This document shows positions 13,031 through 27,018 of a stretch of 64,000 nt of DNA, piece by piece (the stretch's first letter is position 1; each line of letters begins with the position of its first letter). The stretch comes from the human T2T-CHM13v2.0 reference genome, Homo sapiens: the NCBI RefSeq assembly GCF_009914755.1, contig NC_060930.1, one strand, 5' to 3'. The notes under the pieces were generated by a model. The model saw only the letters and a list, made by a program, of their open reading frames with translations. It did not search any database and was not told the DNA's origin. The translations under genes were made by a program, and so were the position numbers.

Positions 13031-13269
13031 CTGTAAGAAATGAAAGAAAAATTACAGGTAGTTATCTAGTTTGCATGAAATATATACATATATGTGTGAA
13101 TATAAGTGGATACATGTATATGCATATGCATGTATGTATCTGATGTTTTAAAGGGATTTTTAGTTATGATTATAAGAATTCAAACAAAGAGGAAAACAAA
13201 TTTATATGTTTCCTACGCAAATATACATAAAAAATGACAGCTATGTTTAGTAAGTAGAGGCAATATGGA

Positions 13270-13490
13270 ATCTTTATTGGAAAGACCTCCAGGTGTCAGG
13301 TCAGACAGATCGAGATGTGAAACCTAGTTCTGCTACTTACTAGTTGTGTGAACTTGCTTAAGTTACTTAACTCACTAAGCAAATTTCTCATGTGTAAAAT
13401 GGGCAATAATACTGACCTTGCAAAATTCAAGTAAGTTACATATATGGCTGGTCGATAACAGGCACTTAATAAACAGTTGCTGCTCTCATA
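13270..13490 (+). mobile_element. MIR
   Basis: MIR core TCTGCTACTTACTAGTTGTGTGAACTTG...TTTCTCATGTGTAAAATGGG. Confidence 0.7.
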
Positions 13491-15195
13491 AGTAGTCAAA
13501 ATGATCATTTAAGTGCTAGCTGGTTTAATTATTGACCCAATGGCACTCTGTCTTGCCAGTCATGATAATGGGCTTGTTTCTCATACGAGCCCCATGCAAA
13601 TTGTTAGCAATACCCTATTTCAAAGTTTCAAATTACTCCTCTCATCTAAGAGAGTGAGTACAAACATACACTTGAGCCTGTACTGGTTGCAATGATTTCT
13701 ACATGAAAAGAAGCCAGTTGAAGTTTTTATTAGTACCATACTGGGAAAATTCAAAGTTCCTGCCCTGAAGCTATATTACATTGTCTGTCCCTTTCCATTG
13801 TCCTGCAATTACCCTGGTTCAAGCTTTTGTCATCCCTAATTTGATGCATTCAAAAATTTCCCTTGTCTCCAGCCTCCTGTGCTTTTTCATTAGCTTGATT
13901 TGTTGTGACCCCCTTCCTGTAGAGTCCATTATGAATTCCTGAGCACAGCCTCCACAGCACCCCCAGGATGCACCAGCCTTTCTACAAGTCTATTAATTTC
14001 CTACTGTTTCTCCTCTCTCAATCTGTGCTTCCGTTACACTGGTCCGATTGCAGTTCCTTATACCTACTCTGCATTTCTCAGCCTCTCTTCTTTATTCCTG
14101 CTATCATTTTTTCTCCTGGAATGTGCTCCTGTTTCTTGATTTCCATGGACAGCCTTAGCTGAGTATCTCAAATGATTCCAAACCTCCAAGTCCCTCAATT
14201 CCTTAAAAACAAATGCTCTTAAGTGGTGTTCTCCCTACCTCCCCTGACACGTTTATCTCTTGCTCCCAAACTAGGAATAATCCTGATGTTCTGGGGCTCA
14301 CTATTGCCATGGTTCTGCTCAGCCACACCTAGGGCTAATAACTAGGCTATGACCTTACTCCCAAATCAATATCCTCCAACCCTATTATCATGGCCCGTAT
14401 CTGAGTCCCTGCTGGATGTCTTGAATGGTTCACTGGTTCCTGTGTACATGGAACCCTGCTCTGCTCTTGACAAAACCTACTCTACCTGTGAAGACTTTCT
14501 CTAGGCCTAGGATCCTACTCCCTAATTTCAGTCTGGTGGCTAGTGCCCTGTTCCCTGCTGACAGATTTTCATAATGCTGCCTGCCTGCTTGGATCTCTGA
14601 CTATTCTCTCTTTCTGATATCCCATGTATCAACCTGTTGGGATACCTCATCACTGCATGTTGGGTTTCCTTGACTCTAGATGCTACTCTGGACTACCACC
14701 TGTCATCTCTTGTTAAACCCTTCAGATAGATTAAACTTTGATCTCAATCTATCCCTAGTCAAAGCCTTTCATAACTCAGTGGGAAAGTATAGTTCAGCTA
14801 CTGTTCTACCTCCTGCTTTGGTTGTGTCTGAATCAGAAGACCTCTTCCATGAAGCCCTCTCAGCTTTCCTCAGTTGGAAATCACTCCTTCCTCTGGGCTT
14901 CTGCGGTATATTCTCCACTGCACTCTAATGAGTCCACCTACTTCCTACTTTAAGTGGATTATTTAGGTATCTGTAGACTTGTGTCTGTAGACTTACAACC
15001 TACCATGTAGCAAGTTCCTTGAGTGCAAGAACTACATCCTTCACCGTTGTATAGCAAACACCCAGGAAAAATTTGGTGAATTTAATGTTATCTGGAAGGC
15101 AGCACATTTACTACATATTTGTATTACTTTGACAGTTTTTTGTTTGTTTGTTTCGCTTTTTTCTATCTTAATACAATCCTTTTAACAAAAGTTAA

Positions 15196-15498
15196 GGCTA
15201 GGTGTGGTATCTCATGCCTGTAATCCCAGGACTGTGGGAGGCCAAGGCAGGCAGATTACTTGAGGTCATCAGGAGTTCGAGACCAGCCTGACCAACATGG
15301 TGAAATTTTGTCTCTACTACAAAAAATATACAAAAATTAGCTGGGTATGGTGGCATATGTCTGTAGTCCCAACTACTCAGGAGGCTGAGGCAAGAGAATT
15401 ACTTGAACCTGGGAGGCAGAGGTTGCAGTGAGCCAAGATCATGCCACTGCACTTCAACCTGGGCCACAGAGAAAGACTCTGTCCAAAAAAAAAAAAAA
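15196..15498 (+). mobile_element. AluS
   Basis: Full dimer with poly(A); AAAAGTTAA flanks on both sides. Confidence 0.92.
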
Positions 15499-16069
15499 GT
15501 TAAAAGGAGACTTAGGAAGCTTTTGATTCAATATTCCATTTTGTAGATAAAGAAACTGAGTCCTCAGAACAAAGGACTAGACTAAGCTTTCCGGGCCTAG
15601 CTGCAGTCAATTCTTAGGCATTCAACCCAATAAAATAGTCCTTGAATGCAGGGAGAAAGAGAAAAAGGCCTCTGCTGGTTCTTCTGAGATAGTGCCTCTG
15701 AGCACTCCATGTGGGGAGAGGCTGGCCTCAAAAGAAGTCAGCAGGAGGGAGAGTAGCATTTGTGATGGCTCCCATAGGCCTCAGGCCTTCATTCTGCCTT
15801 CAGCACCTAACGATGTCTCTATGGTTGCAGCGAAGGAGACGAAGCCCTGGAAGCTGTTTTTGGCAACCACCAGGAAAGGCTGCGGAACAGCTGAAGTGCA
15901 TGTGAGAACCAATCTTTATAAGCATTAGGATCCTGGGTGACTCAAAACGATCTGGAAAAAGTAGATCCACTTTTTTTTTCAGTCCATCCTTTTTCATCCT
16001 CTCTTCACTTTTCATACCCCCAGCCCCACCACAAAACAAGACAAATCTACAAATAAAATTTATTGTTTA

Positions 16070-18310
16070 AGATGAGGGATTGAATGTGCGCATTTTTAGT
16101 TCCACTCTCTCCCCAAACCTTACTAACATGGCAGTATAGTGAAAATTTTCATAATTTCACAAGGGCAAATCAACTGTCATGAGAACTGACATGGCAGACA
16201 AAGCATTCTGGAAGAGGGAAAGCAGATGGAGGAGTGGTAATTTAGCAGAGCCAAGAGAGATGAAAGCTGACTGCCTACAGAAAGAAAAGGCAAGAATTGA
16301 GCTGTTTTTCACTATGGAAGCTCATAGTCTCCAGAATGGGAGGCAGCAGGTATCCCTGAATACAGGGACAAGAAGAAGGACTGAAAGCAAAAAGAACGTT
16401 TAGGTTATTTAAGGCCTAACTAAATCATAGATTCTTCTACCACAGATGAAGGCTTTTGTCTATAGAAAACAAACAAATAAAAACAACAGAAACCTGAACC
16501 AGAACAACTCCAAGTTCAGAGATACTACCAGTCACACTGAGGCACTGTACTGAAATGCAGAGAATTAAAATTAAATGAGAGTCCACATACTGAGCCTTGA
16601 GACCTCCAGCCCCCTCTAAACGCTCTGAGTTGATGCATCAGGCATTTACTGTCCAGAGGAGAAACGAGCAATTTCCTCCCTGGTTAAACTGGCATATGTC
16701 AGGGAAAAGATTCAGTTACTGACATTGGAGGACCCCCAGTGGAAGAGCAGGGTCCCACCTAACACCAAAAGGAAGCTTCCTTGGACACATAGGTTCCCAT
16801 CATTTTGTTAGGCCTCACGATTAAATATGAAACCAGCCAAGAATACTAAACATTTGAGAAAGATTCTCACATTGAATCAGATTCCAAAACAAAGAGGAAC
16901 AAGGAAGCCAAGACAATGCAGGAAGCAAATTAACACTTTTTGAAAAGCATAATTAATACCCTAAAAGAAGATGAGTAAAATTTTGCATCTATGAACAAAA
17001 CCAGAATATTATTTTAAAAAGCAGTCAAAATACAAGAACAAGACTGTGAAAAATTAAAATATGTTAACAAAAATTTTTAATTCTACAAAAAGATTGGGGA
17101 CAAAGTTGAGGAAGTCTATCACAATAGAAGGCAAAATGACAAAAGCTAGAAAATAGGAGAGAGCAGCTAATAGAATGAGAAGATGAAACAAAGCAGTCCG
17201 TTATAACAGGATTTCTAGAACAAAGAAATAGAGGGAATAAGGAATTCTATTCATTATCAAAGAGACAATGAAAAAAAATCCTGGAACTGAAGGGAATGAT
17301 TAGCAAAGCAACTGTTACTTTACTATGAGTAAAGAGTACCACAGATAAAATTTTCCTCAAATTTTTGAAGGGGAGGAGGCAAAAAACAGACCACTGATAA
17401 TAAGCTCAGGAATCAGAGTGGCATAAGAATTCTTATTGGCAATTGTAGAAGCGAGGAAAGAAAGATGTAGTGGCTTTATCTGTTAGATAAAGAGTTTTCA
17501 ACCTAAAAGTCCAACCAAATTATCAACCAAGTGTGAGGGAAGAATAAAGGACGTTTTCTCAAAAATTAAAAAAAAGCAGATTTTTGCTGCACATGCATAC
17601 TTTCTCTTCTAAAACAAACAAAAAGTCATGAGATACATGGAAAAAGTCCCACATGGACAAGAATTGAGGAAGATTCCCAGGTTGAATGTGAAGGAAACCC
17701 TAGAACAGCAGCTGTGTAGCTAGCCTAGAGCACAAGCATCCACACTGCTTCCAGGAAGGAAGTGTCCAAGAAAAAATTAAGTACTAGATTGTCTGATACT
17801 GTTAGCCATATTGAGAAAAGTGTTACAATTCAGTTGGGGAGTTTACGTATATAAAAACTAAAATGAAAACAAGAGATATTTATTAAACTAGCCTGAGAAA
17901 AAAACTTACATTAATAACATTTGGATAATTCAGCTCTAAAAATAATAATAATAACTAAATAGTTCTAATAATGCAAACCTGGAAGGATGGTTTATCTGCA
18001 AAATTGTGATAATTGTCAGAGGATGAGGCAAGCAAAGTTTTCCTGTGTGCAGCGTGGTGAGGGATGGACAGGTATATTATGAGGAAGTCTAAGAGAGTTA
18101 AATCCTCATCTTCCATACTGGGCAATCAATTTACCCCAAATTGAAAAATCAACATGTGTCAGTATGAGCAGACTATTTAGGAACTTGGCGGTAAATACCA
18201 CAAGATACATGCGGGCCTGAGAGGTAGGAATGAGGCAGTGCACAGGGCTCCTGTTTTTCACTATATGCTTTGTCACACATTTTAATTTTTTAGCCATATG
18301 ATGTTTATTT
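16070..18310 (+). mobile_element. Ancient L1M/HAL1-like remnant (ORF1-region similarity)
   Basis: A-rich strand bias and degenerate ORF1-like text; family and boundaries uncertain. Confidence 0.45.
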
Positions 18311-19054
18311 TGATATAAAAATTTTTTTAATCCACCAGATTTAAACTTTGCTGACTTGTCTTATCTTACGTGTTCTCATCTAAGGTATAAGGTAGATTCC
18401 TACAGGTAGTCACCCCCAGTCCTGTCCGCCATTCCACAGTATTTCCAGGGTTCATAATGTGCTGTGCACTGCTCCAGGCACTGGGGATACAAGAGAAGAA
18501 GGACTGCGGCTGCGTTTTGCAGGCAGAGTTTGTTAGCATGGATGTAGGGAAAGAGAAAGCAAGGAAGTAGATGGGTGGAGTAGGAGAGGACGTACGAAAT
18601 CAAGAGCTCCGTTTGGGGCAAAATATGTTTGAGATACCTACTAAAATCCAAAAAGATATGTCAACTAGAGAGGGACATACAAGTCTGGTACTCAGTAAAG
18701 ACATCAAGACTGGAAATATAATTTGGGACAGACAGGCATATAGATTAAGTACAGAGATATGCCTTTCCAACTCCACGCTATCCCTGTGCTCCAGAAAAAC
18801 ATGATTCTGGCAATGAGGGTCATGTTCTCCCATTAAATACTAAAAACAGGCTCGGGCTCACATGACCAGAAAATGCCAGAATGTTAGCCCAGGGTTCTGA
18901 TTGTCAAAAGCTAATGTGAAGGAAACAGAATAATTCTTTCCATGTAAGTCTTCTAAGGTTTTACCACTGCAGCCTATTAAATTTAAAGAAAATTAATAGG
19001 GAATTATAGGGCATTTGCATTATCAAACCAATATTATGGATCCCAACTGCCTAC

Positions 19055-19184
19055 CGTTGCCATCCGGGCTTTACGCAAATAAGTAAGAAGGTCTCCTCCC
19101 TCCATCAGTTCCAGGATAATGTATTGGGGTTCATTCAGCAGACAAACTCCAAGCTGCTTCAGAATGTTGGGATGATTAAATTTG
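19055..19184 (-). CDS. ROS1: ROS1 exon 38 (130 nt; KFNHPNIL...LELMEGGDL...RMAT, hinge region)
   Basis: tcag|CAAATT...CAACG|gtaggc; gatekeeper L2026 (19112-19114), G2032 (19094-19096) and D2033 (19091-19093) are wild type. Confidence 0.97.
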
Positions 19185-20099
19185 CTGAAAGGTGGAAAGA
19201 CACAGGCTGGATGATATGACAGAAGCAGGAGTCCTAGCCGAGGGTCTTTATGGAGTACAGCAATTCTTTATCAATAGTTTCCTTCAAAACCCCTGACTTA
19301 GTGTCTCTAACACTTCGTTTTCCAACTCCTGGTCTTTGTGCTTACCTTAAAGAGGTAATATGGCAACCCCTAGTGGCCATGAGTATGGATAAAATAGGTT
19401 GGTTTTTAGAAGGAATAACATTTGTATTAAGCATATTTTGGAAAAGAAAGTAATTTTGACTAGTAGCGTCCTTGAAAAGATATTTAAAAACATTGGGTTT
19501 TGGGTCATTACAGGTATGAAATATATCCTCTCCCTTTCAGGAAAACAACTCAGAAATGCGGGTTTGGCTACACAGTTTTCTCAAGACATCAAACCAAGTA
19601 AGTCCCAACCTAATAATTGGAACCCACAGCTTGAGACCCAATCAACCACTGCCTCAAGTCTTCCCATTAAGATGTGCTTGAGCAGTTTTTATGACCACAA
19701 ACTCAAACTGATAGACAAGTTTACTAAGACAAAGGATATTTTCACTGACATTATAGCATTTGAGAGAACTCTCTTTTACTGGGTATACTTGACCATTATC
19801 ACACATTTAGATGAATACAAGCATGTCAAAAGCCAAACAGCTTCAGAATTCACTTGCAAAACATGCTCCTTATTGAAGATAAAAGAAAGGAGAACCTTTT
19901 GCCTGAGGATTGCCTGTACCCAGGCTCAGAAGATTGGCCTCTATAGACTACTTGCTCTGCAGATGTAGTTCCATTTAAACGTTTCAACCATGTTGTTTTA
20001 GTCATGATCCGTTATGTCATGTCATTTTGGGTGTTAAAAATAAGTCAAGCGGACTTAAAACTTCTTACCCATACCAGGAGAAAATTATTTCAGAGCTAC

Positions 20100-20164
20100 C
20101 TCATCAGATGTGCCTCCTTCAGGAATTCAATCTTCTCCTGGTCTGTGGAACCCTTCTTCAAAGT
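20100..20164 (-). CDS. ROS1: ROS1 exon 37 (65 nt; TLKKGSTDQEKIEFLKEAHLM, alphaC helix)
   Basis: gtag|ACTTTG...ATGAG|gtagct. Confidence 0.95.
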
Positions 20165-20499
20165 CTACACAACATAAAAACAAGTCAGGAATCAGTATAG
20201 CAGACATTTCTGTGAGCTCAGTGGGTTAATGGAGATTGTTCTGTTTGTTCTGTAATATCTACCCTGAAAGCTGGAAACAGATCGTAGATAAAACATGTGC
20301 ATGTATTCTACAAACCCTTCAAATGTTACCTCCTGTTATTGCTAGTAGAAGAATATGCAAAATAAGAGTTCTAGTAATGTTTACACAATATTCCTCCAAA
20401 AGGTAGAAATTTTAAGAGACCAAGTTTTGTTGTTTAGGCCAATTTCTTAATTTTCAAAATTTTCTTTTCAATATGTTTTCTCCATCTCCTTGCTTTCGA

Positions 20500-20905
20500 T
20501 TTATTTCTTGGAGGCCAGGTTCCCAGTCCCAAGCAACTGATCAAAGCTAATCATGAAAATTGTATTCTGAAATTCTCCAGCCTCCCTTGGAAATTGGGGT
20601 GGTCATATAACTCGGTGATGGTCAATGGCATATAAGAGAAAAACTGCTGAGGCGGGAAGGGAGCTTTGAAGAAGACTTTGCCTTCCTGAACATGTACATC
20701 TCACACCATCTTTCCTCCTCTCCCTGGCCCGAATGAAGATGTGATGCTTGCTTCTTTGTCAGCCATCTTGGAACAATGAGGCAGCAAGCATGAACAACAG
20801 CCAAGAAAATTTCAGAGATACTGGCTCTGACCTGACACACTATCCTGAACCAAAGCCAGCAGTCATCTTGTTACATGAGAGAAATAAACATTTGTTTAAA
20901 ACAGT
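20500..20905 (+). mobile_element. Old MLT1-type MaLR LTR fragment
   Basis: GCCATCTTGGAACAATGAGG and ACATGAGAGAAATAAAC motifs. Confidence 0.5.
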
Positions 20906-21154
20906 CAAGGTGGGAGTAAATTAAAGAACTTTTAAATGACATCATTTAGAAGCAGAGAGAATTTTGCCAACTTTTCTAGTTGTATAGCTCACTCTCAAAG
21001 CAATAAATCTCTAATAAGCAGAGATCAGGATATTGCTCAATTACATAAAAGATTCATCCTCCCTTTATCAAAAGAAAGTTTTTGCAAAAATATGAGTATA
21101 TCAAGTGCTTCCTTAAAAATACATTAAGTATACTATAATAAATAATCATGTAGT

Positions 21155-21461
21155 CAGAGACTGACAAACTACAGCCTGTGGGCCAAATCCAGCCTGTCAC
21201 CTCTTTTTGTATAGCCTATGATCTGAAAATGGCTTTTCCATTTTTAAATGGTTGAAAAAGTCAAAAGAATATTACTATTTCATGACATATGAAAATAATA
21301 TAAAATTCAAATTTCAGTGTTCATAAGTAAAGTTTTATTGGTACACAGCCACACTCATTTATTTACATATTGTCTATGACAATACAATGGCAGAGTCTGT
21401 ATGGTCAGCAAGCCTAAAATACTTACTATCTGCCCAGTTAAGAAAAGGTTTGCTGACCCTT
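21155..21461. mobile_element. MER58-type hAT-Charlie element
   Basis: CAAACTACAGCCTGTGGGCCAAATCC ... AGGTTTGCTGACCC terminal inverted repeats. Confidence 0.8.
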
Positions 21462-21779
21462 GGTCTAGTACCTTAAGAATGTGTTTCACAACTCCAGTTC
21501 TCTTATGGCATGTTTGAAGAAAAATGATTGCCTGATAGGTCTTAGCTAATTAGTAGCCTTAGAGGTAATGCAAACCCTGGAGATTGTTGATTACAAACAA
21601 TGTTCCTATGTAGGAAATGATTTTTTTTAAATGTGATTTCTGTAGCTATGGATAGGCTTCGACATTCAACCAGTCCTCTTTTCAACAAAGAGCACTCAAC
21701 TTTTATTATAATTATATCCAGGTCAATCTTTGTAGATATGGTGATATAATGTGTCAAGGAGTTCGAAGATTCACATTAC

Positions 21780-21942
21780 CTTCACTGCTACTTTGATTTC
21801 TCCACTTCCAACTCCTAAGATGTCCACTGCTGTTCCTTCATACACTTCTCCAAAGGCTCCACTTCCCAGCAAGAGACGCAGAGTCAGTTTTTCCCGAGGG
21901 AAGGCAGGAAGATTTTCAATCTCCTCTTGGGTTGGAAGAGTA
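21780..21942 (-). CDS. ROS1: ROS1 exon 36 (163 nt; kinase P-loop GSGAFG and VAVK)
   Basis: acag|TACTCT...GTGAAG|gtaatg; ORF 21771..21980. Confidence 0.97.
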
Positions 21943-23169
21943 CTGTAAAATAGCAACATTTTTGTCTCCCCACCCTCCACATATATAGGGTGTAAAAGTT
22001 TGTGTTGGTATTGGTATTTGTGTTTGAGAGAGAAAGAAATATCTCATGGCTTTGCAGTATTGTGTGTTTTATGTGACATGGTGATGTGGAACTTTGGGTT
22101 CCTAATTACTTTACTTTACTATTCTACAACCTTTTACCCAGACAGAGCATGATGGTCCACTTCTAGGCACCTTAATTTTGATAAAAATATATATGTGTAT
22201 GCATTGCCTCAACACTTTTATTATAGCTTGTTGAGTCAAAGTTAGTAGGTATTAACTTCTTCAGATTGCCAATTTGTATAAAAAGCTACTGCAAATTAGT
22301 AATAAATGCATCTGGGTTTATAAGCTTTTCTCTTAGCTATTTCACACATGTGACATCTTACGTAAAACAAAATTTACTATGACCAAAAAAATCAACCCCA
22401 TCACCATAAGGTTAACTTTAAAAAGCCAAGTTTCTCACTTGGAATACTACAAGGGGGGAAAATGCTGCTATGTTAAAAATGCTTTCAATTTTTAATAGAG
22501 AATCTTGAGTAGCAGATATGCTGAGTATTTGCTCAAAGGAAAGTCACCTCTAAACAGCTGATTTAGAGCACCTTTGTGTCTACTTCAAATCCTTTGTTTT
22601 TACACCTTGCATTATAAATTTCTGAAAGCAAGGCCTATGATCATTTAATTCCTTTTTGCATAGATCCTAATATAATGAACCTTTGCATAAGACACTTGAA
22701 TATTTTCCTTAATTATGACGGCAACAAAAGTTCAAAACTCATCTATCTTAAGAAGGTTTTGTGGGCAATCATCACACAACTTCTGAAATGGAGTAAGATT
22801 GACTTAAGGCTGACCACGTACACAAGGCTCTCAAAACTCCTCTCCTCTCAAACACTGCCTCCAGGTCAACCAACCATGTTACCATCTATTCTCTTCAATG
22901 TAATATTTTTCTCCTTCTTTCATTTGTTTTTGAGCTACATGACAAAATACTGGAAACTAATGGATTTTTCTGTATTTTTCTTAAAACCACATAATTTTCC
23001 ATCCATCCCAGGTCACATTTGAGAGTGGAAGAGGAAGTTATTAATAATTATGCCAGAAAAACTGGTATAAACCATGACTGTCTTGGGCAATGCGGAATTC
23101 ATAGGCACTCTCCTTACTGTTGCCCACCCTTTGCCTAGGTGCTCCATAATGATGGCCAAAGCTACATAC

Positions 23170-23305
23170 TGTATTGCATAGCAGGCATTAGCCAGGCCTA
23201 CTCCGGCTGCCAGACCTCGCAGCTCAGCCAACTCTTTGTCTTCGTTTATAAGCACTGTCACCCCTTCCTTGGCACTTTTTTGATTCTTTAATCTTCTATG
23301 CCAGA
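23170..23305 (-). CDS. ROS1: ROS1 exon 35 (136 nt; juxtamembrane VWHRRLK...CYAIH)
   Basis: atag|TCTGGC...ATACA|gtatgt; ORF 23013..23261. Confidence 0.96.
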
Positions 23306-26244
23306 CTATAAAGGAAAAAATGACATAATTTACAAAATAAAATATTGCTTCTTTTTTCCTTTAGGAAATGTTAACAGTGCATTTGAAGTGTTTTTATGCA
23401 AGAACACTATCAGTAGAATAGTTATAGAAGTTTTCATAATTTGATTTTAAAATATCTTATAAAAAACTAATTAAATCCAGGTAAAAAGCCATATATAAGT
23501 ACACAAATCATACTACACCATTTTTAATCTCACTTCTTAAAATTTAATGTATTTCTTACTGTTGTTATAAACAAATTAAAGTATCTTAATATTAAAACTT
23601 ATTTGTCAAAATCACCCATAAACGAGTCAAAATAAACCAAAACAAACATAATTATTAGTGAAACAAATTCATTTTTGAGTTCAGTCACATCCAGGTTATA
23701 TTCCTCAGTAGAAAAGAAAATGCTTTCAGTATAATGGCAATTTTTTTTTTTTTTTTTTTTTTGCAGAGTACAAGAGTGTTTATCATTGTTGTTCATATAC
23801 ACATACTCGAATATGTAGAAAAAGTATTGGAACGAAGCTTACCAAATGTTAGCAGTGGTCTGCCCTAGTTGTAGAATCATGAGTAATTTGTACTGTCTTC
23901 CTTATATAATAAGCAGTATTAGTTTTATAATAATAAAATTTTTTTAATATTAAAATACAATTATGTCAATAGGATTGTCATCTGTACTGGACTATTGGCT
24001 CAGAAGTTGAAAGCAGCAAGCATGCTTTGAGAGATGATCATTAAAATTTGAACTTAATTTCACAGTAGCTTCTATGTTCAAGAAGTTAGAGTTTTATTCA
24101 CATGAAATTCAATTTGAAGGGCTACACAGTGAAAGATCACAAGTACCTTTTGCTAAATTAATTTTTCCAACTTGAAATGTTCCCACCACCTCGCTTCACT
24201 TTTAAAGGCCCAATGTAAGCCCACATCCTCAATGATGCCTTCTGAAACCTCAGCAACCTCTACTAATCTTTCATATCTGAACTTGAAAGACTAATTGCGC
24301 CTCTCTGTGAGTGCTTATCCTATGCACTGTCTTACTTATTTCATCTATTTTTGTCTTTTGTTATTATTTAACACATATCTTGCTATTTGTCTTCCCACAC
24401 AGGCATGTGTTAACTCCCTCATTAAATGGCAAGCTCCTGAGGTCAGCAGTTGTATTTTACAGGTTTACATTTTCCCCTACTCCCAGCAGAAGGCTAATGT
24501 TATGCATTAGATATGACTGCTCAGAAGCAAAGGCTGTCAACACTCATTTTAAAAATTGTCTAATTTTATGTTTATAACTGATGAGTGCCCTCAGCACAAT
24601 ACAAATTTTAAAATAATTGTGACTGTTTTGTTATTTTAATTACTCAATCTTTTCTCATGCACACACACGCTCTTACTAGTAAAACCACATGCACTGCTGC
24701 TAAAAGCAAAGAACCGAATTAGCTTAGCTAGACTCAAAAATTCGTGAATTTCAAACAGAATAAAGACCTTTAAGTCCTGAGAAAGTCAGATATCCATAGG
24801 ATGCCTTGGAAGCACAATAGGTTGTCTGAAATTATCTCATGTTCATCCACTAGAGTTATGGGTTTAAACAATGGTGATGTATAAGAAAGCAAGCAAAGGT
24901 CAGCTGAAGGATTCTTCATGTAATTCTCCTTCCCAGTAGGAAAGCAGACAAGCAGTCAAGCCTATATGCCAACTGCCAAATATACTGCAGTCATATGCGT
25001 AAGTCTGGAGGGGCTGGCTTAGTGGCACAAACATCAGCTGTGCAATACTTAGACTCTCTGGAACCACAGGTTAAAATCCTGGCAGGGTCAGCTGAAATTT
25101 TTAGCTTTCCAAGTTTGCTGAAGGAGTTTCACATATTGTCTGGGTGGAATCTTTGAAAAAAATCTCAAATCGAGCTTCAAAGTGCTCTCATAAAGATTGT
25201 GACTCCAATCACTTTGCAGAAAGAATAAAGACTTAGAACACAGTAAAGTGTTGGCTGTCTTTATCCTGAGAGTTCAACTTTATGTTTGTGACTTTTCCAT
25301 CAACTTTCCCTTGTAACTTACCCCTACTTGTGAACAAAACAAGCCACAACTTTCTTAATATGTGTTTGAGTGTTCTTTTCTGGTAAGAATCATGCCCTTC
25401 TTTTAATGATTCAGTGTGTTGGGGACTCTCAATATTAGCAATAGATAGGGGTCCATATATCTTATAAGCAAACTCGGACAGTTTGGGGAATGAAAGAAAG
25501 TGCTATTATTATTTGTGCTGAAACAGAAATAAACAAGAATGTATGATCACTGTGATAACTCTAAAAGTCCAATCAGTACTTGACCATTCCTTTTGAGGTT
25601 TTTACTGCATTTTATCATCATTAAAGTAAATCTTCTTAGAAAAAAAATAGCTTTCTATCTACCTAACCTAATTTTTCTGCCTTCCTGGTCATTTATAAAT
25701 GAGCAGGGATTTGAAATAAGCAGATCAGATGTCTGAAAGCAAGAGTCGATCCCACAAGCCAGAAATGGATCTTCTGCAAAAGAGGCCCTATTCATTCCAA
25801 ACCAGCCTGTCTGCTTAGAAACCAAAACTATCCCAATCAAAGATTGTCACTGGCCTCCCATTAATTCTATACTTTTTTCTGTACCCAGGGTTATTTTTCT
25901 TTTATTTATTTTAAACCATAAGCCACAAAACATTTGTATGCAGCCAATCAGAAATAAATACTGTTTTAAAGAAACCTAAAAGTTGGTGTCCTTGCAAGTA
26001 GTTTTATCTAAAGTATAACATGAAATGTACATGTATATTTTCCATAAAATAGTTATGCCTAGATCAGAAAACAATTCACAGAAGTTAGTGGTTATAAATG
26101 TATAGCCAAAGGTAACAATGTAAATTTTATTAACTTAATCAGGCAATATTTCATGTGGGAGATTAGATCAACTAAGAGATAAATCAATCAGGTATGATTA
26201 AGTAAACAGTTTGTTGCCTATTTTAAAAATTCTATTATACTTAC

Positions 26245-26328
26245 CAAAGGTCAGTGGGATTGTAACAACCAGAAATATTCCAACTATAATAGTAAGTATG
26301 AAACTTGTTTCTGGTATCCAAAAATCAT
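26245..26328 (-). CDS. ROS1: ROS1 exon 34 (84 nt; transmembrane helix DDFWIPETSFILTIIVGIFLVVTIPLTF)
   Basis: ttag|ATGATT...TTTG|gtaagt; hydrophobic stretch; common fusion acceptor exon. Confidence 0.96.
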
Positions 26329-26784
26329 CTAATAATATAAATCAGAAAAAGAAATTAATTCATAGATAAAAGCTAAGTTGCCCCAGCTCTACCTAAGCAC
26401 ACAGAGTAATATAGCAGAGCTAGCTACTACTGGATTTTTGCAAGCCAGTTGTTAGACCGTTGGTAGCTTGAAAGCATCCATACAGACAGTGTTTATGCCA
26501 TGTGAAATCAAAAGCAAGGTGTTTTTGCTTTTTTTTGCAGAGAGCAACAAACCACTGGAATATATCCACTCAATCTTCTACTTTAAAATGACTTAGGAAA
26601 CATATATATCTTTTTAATAAATTTAGGACCAAGAAATCTCAGTCTTTGGATACTAAATAGTTGGCATTATTATTTTGTATAATATCTTCATACATATTTA
26701 ATTTCATGGATATTAAACTGAGGAATAAACATGGTAATTTCTCTTAGGTAGTTTCAGTTGTGTAGAGGAAACAAACACGTAGGC

Positions 26785-27018
26785 CAGAGTCTGGCAAACT
26801 ATGGCATGAGGACCAAATCTGGCTATAGCCTGATTTTGTACCCCCTATTAGCTATGAATAAGTTTTACCTTTGTAAAGTGTTATTTTTAAAAAGAAGGAG
26901 AAGGAAAAAGAGAACAGAAAAAGAAGAAAAGAAGAACATGCTACAGAGATCACATGTAGCCTGCAAAGTCTAACATATTTACTATTTGGTTCTTTTCAGA
27001 AAAAGTTTGCTGAGCTGG
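26785..27018. mobile_element. MER58-type hAT-Charlie element (short form)
   Basis: GGCAAACTATGGC...CCAAATCTGGC ... AAAAAGTTTGCTGA. Confidence 0.7.

Noticed and set aside
15692-16039. GC-richer patch with overlapping ORFs and loose X-box-like half sites
   Set aside because: Motif matches are weak and the ORFs show no homology. It cannot be supported as an exon or enhancer from sequence alone.
19091-19114. Kinase-inhibitor resistance alleles (L2026M, G2032R, D2033N)
   Set aside because: Codons read CTG, GGA and GAC, all wild type.
19399-19968. Longest ORF in the track (189 aa, + strand, intron 37)
   Set aside because: Starts at TTG rather than ATG, has no recognisable domain and is antisense in an intron. 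Most likely chance.
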